DNA of 64,000 bases from a virus, in the IMG/VR virus record IMGVR_UViG_3300021963_004854, positions 1 to 64,000 of that record; one strand, given 5' to 3'. The translations under genes were made by a program, and so were the position numbers. Under the pieces are notes generated by a model that ran no database searches, was not told the DNA's origin, and saw nothing but the letters and a program-made list of their open reading frames with translations. This document shows, one piece after another, positions 10,122 through 17,420 of this stretch (positions within the stretch are counted from its first letter, which is position 1; each line of letters begins with the position of its first letter).

Positions 10122-11544
10122 ATGGGGTATATCCGCTGCTGCACATGATGCGTCATTGACTGTCGTTTCTGACAACGAAATTTTGTTTGCGTCTCACGCA
10201 GAGAGATATTCTGGAGTCAAGAATGATAAAGACCTTAATGCAGATTTAATTCACGCCGCATTAAAATTTGGTAAGCCAGAAAAGATTCACTGGTACGAAA
10301 AGCCAAAACTTAGAGCAATGCGAAGACTGTTAGCTGGACAGGGTTTGATTAGATTTAGTGTTCGACAATACTTGGAACATTTTGGACTAAAAGATATTCC
10401 AGTCGAGTTTGCACATCATCATGAATCACATGCAGCGGCAGGATTTTACACTTCGCCGTATGATGATGCAACCGCTCTTGTTATTGATGCTATTGGCGAA
10501 TTCGATACAGCATCAATCTGGAAATGCTCTGGTAGTAAACTCAAAAAGAAATGGTCGATGGACTATCCCAAGTCTTTGGGACTGTTCTATTCTGCTATGA
10601 CAGACCGAGTTGGTCTTAAAGCAAACGAAGATGAATATATCTTAATGGGAATGGTAGCATATGGTGACCCTGAAAAATATTACGACGAAGTTAGAAATCT
10701 TTGGGAATCTGAGAACCTTCATCGGGGATGCCGTTGGTGGAATCCTAATGGGGATCTTGATGTGTATAGTGTTGCAGCGGCAACACAACGAGTATATGAA
10801 GAAGAATTTGAAAAACTACTGATACGCGCAAAGATGAAAGATACTTTCCAAGACAATCTCGTTCTTATGGGTGGATGTGCGCTAAACTGTAGTGCAAATC
10901 ATATTGCTACAAAATACTTTAAGAATATTTGGATAATGCCAAATCCAGGTGATGCTGGAAGTTCTCTGGGTGCAATTGCTGCTAACAACAGACAGAAGTT
11001 AAACTGGAAGGGTCCGTATCTCGGCGCAAACATGGGTGGTGAATATCCCATAGAAAAACTCTTGACAGAATTGCGTAAGACTGGTATAGTAGGAGTTGCT
11101 AATGGACCAGCGGAGTTCGGTCCAAGGGCATTAGGTAATCGCAGTCTTCTAGCTGATCCTCGCGGTCACGATATCAAGGATAGAGTCAATGAAATCAAGC
11201 AACGACAGAAGTTTAGACCATTCGCACCCCTCATTATGGCAGAACATGCACACGACTATTTTGACCTACCAGTTGAAGAATCCCCTTATATGCAATTTAC
11301 TGCACGATGTAAATACCCTGATAGGTTTCCTGCTATTGTCCATGCAGATGGGACTTCTCGTGTCCAGACTGTAACATTTGAGCAACACCCTCAACTATAC
11401 AATCTTCTACATACCTGGCATCTTGAAACTGGCTGTCCGATGCTATTGAATACTAGTCTCAATATCAAAGGTATGCCCATGGTGAACAACTTTAAAGACG
11501 CGGATGACTTCGAAGCCAAATATGGCGTGAAAGTCTTTTCCTAA
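10114..11544 (+). CDS. Carbamoyltransferase, CmcH/NodU/TobZ family
   Basis: HDAS, HHESHAA, DAIGE, EYILMG, GGCALN, PGDAG, EFGPRALGNRS, RPFAP, DGTSRVQTV, LNTSLN; likely ATG at 10114. Confidence 0.93.
   Translation: MIEWGISAAAHDASLTVVSDNEILFASHAERYSGVKNDKDLNADLIHAALKFGKPEKIHWYEKPKLRAMRRLLAGQGLIRFSVRQYLEHFGLKDIPVEFAHHHESHAAAGFYTSPYDDATALVIDAIGEFDTASIWKCSGSKLKKKWSMDYPKSLGLFYSAMTDRVGLKANEDEYILMGMVAYGDPEKYYDEVRNLWESENLHRGCRWWNPNGDLDVYSVAAATQRVYEEEFEKLLIRAKMKDTFQDNLVLMGGCALNCSANHIATKYFKNIWIMPNPGDAGSSLGAIAANNRQKLNWKGPYLGANMGGEYPIEKLLTELRKTGIVGVANGPAEFGPRALGNRSLLADPRGHDIKDRVNEIKQRQKFRPFAPLIMAEHAHDYFDLPVEESPYMQFTARCKYPDRFPAIVHADGTSRVQTVTFEQHPQLYNLLHTWHLETGCPMLLNTSLNIKGMPMVNNFKDADDFEAKYGVKVFS
11062..11090 (+). 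promoter_or_regulatory. Internal sigma70 promoter within the carbamoyltransferase gene
   Basis: TTGACA-N17-TATAGT with extended -10 TG. Confidence 0.6.
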
Positions 11545-11555
11545 TAAATATTTGC

Positions 11556-11825
11556 ATGAGTAATATTCTACAGTTCCCGGACAAGTTTCGTAAGGAACCT
11601 AGACACTATCGAATCCCATTGTATACCGATGAGGATATTAATGTTGTGTTATTTTGCCTCAATGCATTTGGAAATAGCGACAAAAGAATTATCTTTGATG
11701 ATTTATTAGAATTAGACCCTATTGATGTGATGGAATGTCTTGACTTTGCCGTAGAATCTGATATGATATCAACTATGACTAAAGAACATATACATTGCAT
11801 TCGTAAATCTGTGGAAGAAAGTTAA
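11556..11825 (+). CDS. Hypothetical protein
   Basis: 89 aa ORF after a TAATAAATA late-like promoter. Confidence 0.7.
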   Translation: MSNILQFPDKFRKEPRHYRIPLYTDEDINVVLFCLNAFGNSDKRIIFDDLLELDPIDVMECLDFAVESDMISTMTKEHIHCIRKSVEES

Positions 11826-11831
11826 TATATT

Positions 11832-12380
11832 ATGAATATCTTTTATCTTGATCGTGACGTTACAAAATGTGCCGAATATCATAATGACAAACATGTTGTC
11901 AAAATGATTCTTGAGTATGCACAACTACTGTCTACTGCGCACCGTGTTCTGGACGGTACTGAGTATACAGACAAGACTGCCAATGGCAGGTCAATCAAAC
12001 GTTGGCGATTAGAGGACAAAGCCTTTGAAGCGGAACTTTACAAAGCTACGCACATCAATCATCCGAGTGCTGTCTGGGTTCGTCAGTCTAACAATAATTA
12101 TAACTGGCTTGTATGTCTATTCCAATCCCTTCTTACAGAATACACTCATCGATATGGCAAACTTCATTCTTGCGAACGACTAGTATATTGGTTGCGTAAA
12201 CCACCCAAGAATATTCCTGTCAGTCATCTTACTCAGCCGACGCCCGCTATGCCAGAAGAATACAAGGTACAGAATGACTCTCTACAGTCATATCGTAACT
12301 ATTATATTGGTGCGAAAAAAAGTATGGCAAAATGGAAAAATCGTGAAATTCCTTGCTGGTGGAGAGACGCTACTCAATAA
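11832..12380 (+). CDS. denV: Pyrimidine dimer DNA glycosylase / endonuclease V-like
   Basis: MNIFYLD..DKHVVKMILEYAQLLSTAH, HINHPSAVWVR, YRNYY. Confidence 0.8.
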   Translation: MNIFYLDRDVTKCAEYHNDKHVVKMILEYAQLLSTAHRVLDGTEYTDKTANGRSIKRWRLEDKAFEAELYKATHINHPSAVWVRQSNNNYNWLVCLFQSLLTEYTHRYGKLHSCERLVYWLRKPPKNIPVSHLTQPTPAMPEEYKVQNDSLQSYRNYYIGAKKSMAKWKNREIPCWWRDATQ

Positions 12381-12444
12381 ATAACTGCATGAAGACAGTT
12401 ATACCGATTTCACCCTCTAGTATTTCAAGTGCCTCTCTCGGCAC

Positions 12445-12477
12445 AGGCGACTCTGCTCTTGCAGGGTCGCCTTTTTT
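12445..12477 (+). terminator. Intrinsic terminator-like hairpin upstream of phoH
   Basis: AGGCGACTCTGC-TCTT-GCAGGGTCGCCT followed by a T run. Confidence 0.7.
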
Positions 12478-12506
12478 GTATCAACCTCAAACCTCAAAGG
12501 ACTGTC

Positions 12507-13271
12507 ATGTCAAGAAAAAACCAGAACAAATTACAAGTTGTCTCAACAAATGACTCCCCTGTAACCTTAGAGAAGAGTAAACTATGCAGAGTAAAATATG
12601 ACGACCTCAAGCATATTCAACCAAAGAACTTCAATCAGAGACAATTTTTTGAATTATACGATCAACAGTCCACAGCAATTTTATTACACGGTGTAGCAGG
12701 AACAGGGAAGACCTACATCGCACTTTATAAAGCATTAGAGGAAGCACTAGATCCAGAAACATCTTTCGACCGAGTTATCATTGTTCGCTCGGCCGTGCCA
12801 TCACGAGAAATCGGTCACTTGCCGGGTGACGAAAAAGAAAAGACAGAAGTTTATCAGTTGCCTTATGTAGAAATCTGCGAGGATTTGTTTAATCATATCC
12901 AGCCATTTCAGCGATTGCAAGAACAGAAGTCGGTGAACTTTATGATCACCTCATTTGTTCGTGGTATCACTCTAGATAATTCCATCGTCATTGTTGATGA
13001 ATGTCAAAATATGACGGACATGGAACTCAATTCAATCATGACTAGAATCGGGAAAAACTCAAAGGTCATCTTCTGCGGAGATTTCCGTCAGACCGACCTA
13101 TATAAAAAGAACGATATGTCAGGACTTCAAAAGTTCATGGCAATCGCCGAACTAATGCCTTCGTTCAAAACACTAGAGTTTTCAGTTCATGATATTGTTC
13201 GTTCCAAATTGGTAAAGGAATATATTCTCGCAAGGCTCGAATATGAAGAAAGATATTTAGAAACCGCTTGA
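12507..13271 (+). CDS. phoH: PhoH-family ATPase
   Basis: Walker A GVAGTGKT, IGHLPG, RGITL, VDECQN, GDFRQTD, DIVRS; AAAGGA RBS before ATG 12507. Confidence 0.93.
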   Translation: MSRKNQNKLQVVSTNDSPVTLEKSKLCRVKYDDLKHIQPKNFNQRQFFELYDQQSTAILLHGVAGTGKTYIALYKALEEALDPETSFDRVIIVRSAVPSREIGHLPGDEKEKTEVYQLPYVEICEDLFNHIQPFQRLQEQKSVNFMITSFVRGITLDNSIVIVDECQNMTDMELNSIMTRIGKNSKVIFCGDFRQTDLYKKNDMSGLQKFMAIAELMPSFKTLEFSVHDIVRSKLVKEYILARLEYEERYLETA

Positions 13272-13296
13272 CAAACTAGGCGAATCGTGTTATACA
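13268..13296 (+). promoter_or_regulatory. Sigma70-type promoter, probably giving a leaderless mRNA
   Basis: TTGACA-N17-TATACA, ATG 7 nt downstream; CGAATCG in the spacer. Confidence 0.7.
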
Positions 13297-13302
13297 TATA
13301 GT

Positions 13303-13971
13303 ATGTTCAAAACAATCTATGATTATACCGATTTCGCCCAAGATGAAACAAGAGAAGATGGTAGCAGAGTTTACGTCAATGCCTCTGGCGTTGGATATCC
13401 CTCTGCTACCACCGTTCTCGGAGTCTTAAACAAAGACTCGATAAACAAGTGGCGTGAGCGTGTTGGTGAAGAAGAAGCCAATCGCATTTCTAAACAGGCT
13501 TCCACGCGTGGCACTAAAATCCATGCGCTCACCGAAGCCTATCTCAAGAACGAAGATGTTGATTTTGATGGCGTAAAAGCCTCGCTCCTCGATCGAGAGA
13601 TGTTTAACAAGTTCAAGGACATTCTTGAACCCATCGACAATATTCATTGTCAAGAACTTGCTCTATACAGCGACTATCTTCGTATGGCTGGTCGTGTTGA
13701 CTGTATCGCAGAATACAATGGTGTTCGCGCTGTCATCGACTTCAAGACCTCCAATCGCTTGAAGAAGAAGGAATATATCAGTTCCTACTTTATGCAAGCC
13801 ACTGCATATGCAATCATGTATGAAGAACGAACTGGTATTCCGGTTCCCTTCATCATTATTCTAATTGCTGTTGACGGCGATGAGCCTCAGGTATTCATCG
13901 AAAAGCGTGATAACTGGGCAGAAAAATTGATCGAAGCAAGAGACTTGTTCGAAGCCACAAAAAAGAACTAA
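13303..13971 (+). CDS. PD-(D/E)XK family exonuclease
   Basis: YPSATTVL, RGTKIH, AGRVDCI, IDFKTS, QATAYA. Confidence 0.88.
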   Translation: MFKTIYDYTDFAQDETREDGSRVYVNASGVGYPSATTVLGVLNKDSINKWRERVGEEEANRISKQASTRGTKIHALTEAYLKNEDVDFDGVKASLLDREMFNKFKDILEPIDNIHCQELALYSDYLRMAGRVDCIAEYNGVRAVIDFKTSNRLKKKEYISSYFMQATAYAIMYEERTGIPVPFIIILIAVDGDEPQVFIEKRDNWAEKLIEARDLFEATKKN

Positions 13972-13972
13972 T

Positions 13973-14569
13973 ATGATATTAAATATCACTCCTTTGATTT
14001 GTTATTTCGATGATTTTATTTCAGAAGAAGATAGACTTCATATTATAAGTCTGGCTGAAAAACAGGTGGAACCATCTACTGTGTGCGCACCTGATAAAGT
14101 AGAAAGTGTTTTCGACCCGGGCAGAACTAGTAATCATACGTTTATTCCCACTACGTTCGATGACACAATCATATCGTTGACCGCAAAAATTTCGAAGTTT
14201 GCAAATCTTCACCCCGCTACCGCAGAACCTTTGCAGGTAGTTCGTTATGAAGTGGGTGAAGAATATAAGCCGCATTATGATGCATGGGATTACACTGAGC
14301 AAAAAAATTGGCAAGGTAAAGCTGGTCAAAGAATTTTAACTGCATTGCTATATCTGAATGAAGTTGAAGAAGGTGGTAATACTATCTTTCCAAATCTAGA
14401 TTTAGAAATTGACCCACGACCCGGCAGAATAGTGTTTTTTCATAATGTTTGGCCAGCTAATCCACATCGTCATCCGCAAGCGTTACACGGGGGTGCGCCC
14501 GTGACAAAAGGTACCAAATGGGTATGCAATTTGTGGTTCAGAGAAAGAATATGGGAAAATGCTGACTGA
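13973..14569 (+). CDS. 2OG-Fe(II) oxygenase, prolyl 4-hydroxylase-like
   Basis: EPLQVVRY..YKPHYD, LYLN..EGGNTIFP, ALHGGAPV..KW. Confidence 0.88.
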   Translation: MILNITPLICYFDDFISEEDRLHIISLAEKQVEPSTVCAPDKVESVFDPGRTSNHTFIPTTFDDTIISLTAKISKFANLHPATAEPLQVVRYEVGEEYKPHYDAWDYTEQKNWQGKAGQRILTALLYLNEVEEGGNTIFPNLDLEIDPRPGRIVFFHNVWPANPHRHPQALHGGAPVTKGTKWVCNLWFRERIWENAD

Positions 14570-14735
14570 TTTCTCAGAAGTAGAACGCCGATTAAACATA
14601 TGCAAAACTTGTCAATTCAAGAGAATGGGAGTTTGTATGAAATGTGGCTGCATTATTGTAACAAAAGTTAGAGTTTCTTCTGCAAAATGTCCGGTTGGCA
14701 AATGGGAATCTCTTGACAATCAAGAGCAAACCTGA
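14559..14735 (+). CDS. Small Cys-rich metal-binding protein (58 aa, DUF6171-like; not in ORF track)
   Basis: RLNICKTC..CMKCGC..KCPVGKW; overlaps the oxygenase stop. Confidence 0.7.
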   Translation: MLTDFSEVERRLNICKTCQFKRMGVCMKCGCIIVTKVRVSSAKCPVGKWESLDNQEQT

Positions 14736-14743
14736 TATAAATA
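14713..14743 (+). promoter_or_regulatory. Composite sigma70 plus T4 late promoter for the tmRNA
   Basis: TTGACA-N17-TATAAA, where the -10 box is part of TATAAATA. Confidence 0.7.
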
Positions 14744-14747
14744 AATT

Positions 14748-15053
14748 ATCAGTTGTTGACAGGCAACAATAAAGGCGGAAAGACGCGGGTGCAACTCCCG
14801 CCACCTCCACCATAGATACACCAAGGTCCGACCCGAAAGGGGTGCCTACTAAAGTGAGGGATGATGGTGTATCTATTATGGGGGTGAACTAGGATCGATT
14901 TTCGTGTAATAGGAAGTCCGAGACTGATTGCTTGGCAAAGTGCCACTAAAAGTAAATGCAAACGATAACGTTGCCTTTGCAGGATATGCGCTAGCCGCAT
15001 GATCCCATTGGGTTTTTGATAGTTTTCCCTCGAAACAGAATAAAACTATCACC
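14748..15053 (+). ncRNA. ssrA: Circularly permuted two-piece tmRNA (alphaproteobacterial type)
   Basis: T-arm and acceptor 3' strand CACCTCC-A-CCA end at 14812, upstream of the 5' strand GGGGGTG (14880-14886); G3.U pair; tag frame 14958-15002 reads ANDNVAFAGYALAA*; 3' hairpin with AACAGAA loop motif. Confidence 0.92.
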
Positions 15054-15231
15054 TGTTCTTCATATACGACGAAATGCGTGGAAGTAGAACTTAGAAACGC
15101 TAAATAGTTATATGACCCGAAGTGTGTAACTGAATAAGCCAAACACAGCGGGTCTTTTTGTCTTCGGACAAATCAGTGTGGGGAGTCACTGGCTAATACC
15201 CTCTCAAGTTTAACAACCAAATGGAAATAAG

Positions 15232-15837
15232 ATGACTTCCTTAAACAAGAAGTTCTTCAAGTTTCTTTCGATTATTACACTATTAAGTTATGGTTTATAT
15301 GGAATTAATTCATATGCTGAAACTGCCATCGAAAGAGAAGCAAGGGAATATTCCCTCGGCGTCGGAGAAGTAATCCAGGGCATCAAAGAAGATGCTCAAG
15401 AACAACAACGTAAAGTAACACAACAAAAAATCCAGACACAAAATATCCGTCTGGCAAATAATAGAGAATTGAAGTGTCTAGCAGACAACATCTATTATGA
15501 GGCTGGTAACCAGCCTACTCGCGGCAAATTGGCCGTTGCTGCCGTCACTATCAATAGGGTAAATAGCCCGAAGTTTCCGAAATCAGTATGCTCCGTTGTA
15601 TACCAGAGAACAAAACGTGTTTGTCAATTCTCGTGGGTATGCGAAGGAAAGAAGAGTGTCCGCAGTGCGCAACAATATGCAGAAGCCAAAAGAGTAGCTG
15701 AAAAGGTACTGTTCGCTGGGGCAAATCATGGCGTATTAGGTAAAAATGTTCTATTCTACCATGCCGACTATGTAAATCCAGGTTGGAATCTTCGTAGAGT
15801 AACTAAAATTGGTGATCATATATTTTATGCAGGATAA
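15232..15837 (+). CDS. Cell wall hydrolase, SleB/Hydrolase_2 family, with N-terminal signal/anchor
   Basis: CLADNIYYEA, NRV, VCSVVYQ, CQFSW, IGDHIFY. Confidence 0.9.
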   Translation: MTSLNKKFFKFLSIITLLSYGLYGINSYAETAIEREAREYSLGVGEVIQGIKEDAQEQQRKVTQQKIQTQNIRLANNRELKCLADNIYYEAGNQPTRGKLAVAAVTINRVNSPKFPKSVCSVVYQRTKRVCQFSWVCEGKKSVRSAQQYAEAKRVAEKVLFAGANHGVLGKNVLFYHADYVNPGWNLRRVTKIGDHIFYAG

Positions 15838-15840
15838 AGA

Positions 15841-16386
15841 ATGGGTAAGAGAAGTAACTTTGAACATCGTAAGAATGATTTCTATCCGACTCCGTTGGAT
15901 GCAGTAAAGCCTCTCTTACCCTTTCTTCCCTCGGAGTTTACCTTCGCTGAGCCTTGTGCAGGCGATGGTAGACTCTGTAGACATATCGACACCTTGACGG
16001 GCAGTAATGCAGTGGCTACTTTGGTTTCTGATCTTGAGCCTAAAGACCCATCTATTGAAAAATATGATGCATTAACTGTTGACATTCCCGCAAATACAGA
16101 CTATATTATAACTAATCCGCCGTGGTCTAGATGGATACTTCATCCTCTGATTGATAGATTCGCTGATATTCGTCCTACGTGGCTTCTTTTCGATGCTGAC
16201 TGGATGCATACCAAACAAGCGATACCCTATCTAGAGTATTGTAGTAAAATCGTGGCCATCGGGAGAGTAAAGTGGATTGAAAACAGCAAATTTACTGGCA
16301 AGGATAATGCTTGTTGGTATCTATTTGATAAAAATGAAACGAGTGGGACACAATTTTATGGTCGAGGATTTTCTAGTGGTAGATGA
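15841..16386 (+). CDS. Putative N6-adenine DNA methyltransferase
   Basis: DFYPTP, EPCAGDG, ITNPPW. Confidence 0.8.
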   Translation: MGKRSNFEHRKNDFYPTPLDAVKPLLPFLPSEFTFAEPCAGDGRLCRHIDTLTGSNAVATLVSDLEPKDPSIEKYDALTVDIPANTDYIITNPPWSRWILHPLIDRFADIRPTWLLFDADWMHTKQAIPYLEYCSKIVAIGRVKWIENSKFTGKDNACWYLFDKNETSGTQFYGRGFSSGR

Positions 16387-16633
16387 TATCAGTAACGAAT
16401 TTCTTATTACAAAGAAGTTTAAAACTTCAACTGAATTTTCACAGTATATTGAAAAGCAAGCTACCCAGACAGGACTACCATGTATGGACTTACTAGTAGA
16501 TTACTGTGTAAAAAATGATATTGAGATGGAATCTGTCTCGGTTCTTCTGACTACTTCACTGAAAGAAAAGATTCGAGCGGAAGCAGAAGAACTCAATATG
16601 TTGAAGCGTAAGGATGGAAAGCTGCCACTCTAA
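16358..16633 (+). CDS. gp33: Late transcription co-activator gp33
   Basis: FSQYIEK..DYC..LKEKIRAEAEELNML; lies before gp59 and gp32. Confidence 0.85.
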   Translation: MVEDFLVVDDISNEFLITKKFKTSTEFSQYIEKQATQTGLPCMDLLVDYCVKNDIEMESVSVLLTTSLKEKIRAEAEELNMLKRKDGKLPL

Positions 16634-17223
16634 TGGAACCTTTTGACGTATATCGTTTATACATGTCATTGAAGTTGCATTTCACCAAAGAAAATTATGA
16701 TATCACCAAACAGAAGTCTATGGTATCATGTAAGCGCGAAACATTCATGAAGCGCAAAGATATTCTTCTTTTTCGCAAACTCGCTAAGAGAATGCAAAGA
16801 GATGAAATGATAAATTACTTTGTGGCTAATTTTGTAGAGGGTCACAATGGATTGTTTGAAGGTGGTAGCGATGAAATCTATAGGGAGTGGAAGAGTCGTC
16901 AAGAAAAACTGACCTATCAGTTCACACAGGACTTATCTACTATATTTCTTGAAGCCGAGAAACAAGAAAAAGATCCTCTTATTTCATATGATGGACAACA
17001 CCCTATAGTATTCAAACTTTATCTCGGCAAAAAAATCTCAATCGAAACAATAATTATTCTTGACAAATTGTTCGATTTTGTGTATTCTAATACTACTTTA
17101 ACAGATGATTTCGTCTGGAAAGACTTTGCTCATCTAGTAAAGAAATATCGTATTTTCATCCGAATCGATCGGGAGAAATATAACCAACTATGGATCAAGG
17201 AGAAAGGCCAAGTGGTCTGTTAA
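16633..17223 (+). CDS. gp59: Helicase loader gp59
   Basis: YMSLKLHFT, KRKD, YFVANF, ISIETII; T4 synteny. Confidence 0.88.
   Translation: MEPFDVYRLYMSLKLHFTKENYDITKQKSMVSCKRETFMKRKDILLFRKLAKRMQRDEMINYFVANFVEGHNGLFEGGSDEIYREWKSRQEKLTYQFTQDLSTIFLEAEKQEKDPLISYDGQHPIVFKLYLGKKISIETIIILDKLFDFVYSNTTLTDDFVWKDFAHLVKKYRIFIRIDREKYNQLWIKEKGQVVC
17060..17088 (+). promoter_or_regulatory. Internal sigma70-like promoter upstream of gp32
   Basis: TTGACA-N17-TATTCT. Confidence 0.45.
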
Positions 17224-17391
17224 ATGAGTCATTCTAAGCGTAGAGACTTCGATTACGAACCTCGTGTCAAAGAAGTTCGTAAAGGTGTTGATAAATCTAA
17301 TAAACACCGCAAAAACCTGTATAAATACTCTGGTAGTCAAGAAGAAGATTTCGATGACTACGATGATTATGATACAAATCGCAAATACTAA
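17224..17391 (+). CDS. Small basic-then-acidic protein (55 aa, not in ORF track)
   Basis: MSHSKRRDFDYEPRVKEVRK...EEDFDDYDDYDTNRKY*; starts right after the gp59 stop; contains TATAAATA at 17320-17327. Confidence 0.65.
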   Translation: MSHSKRRDFDYEPRVKEVRKGVDKSNKHRKNLYKYSGSQEEDFDDYDDYDTNRKY

Positions 17392-17420
17392 CATACAACG
17401 CAAATATAAGGAACATACAT

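Noticed and set aside
13303-13971. Cas4/CRISPR association of the exonuclease
   Set aside because: No Fe-S cysteine set, cas genes or array; ordinary T4-like PD-(D/E)XK exonuclease
14592-15142. Minus-strand ORFs, and a stand-alone tRNA at about 14783-14812
   Set aside because: The region is explained by the permuted tmRNA; the tRNA-like piece has no anticodon arm
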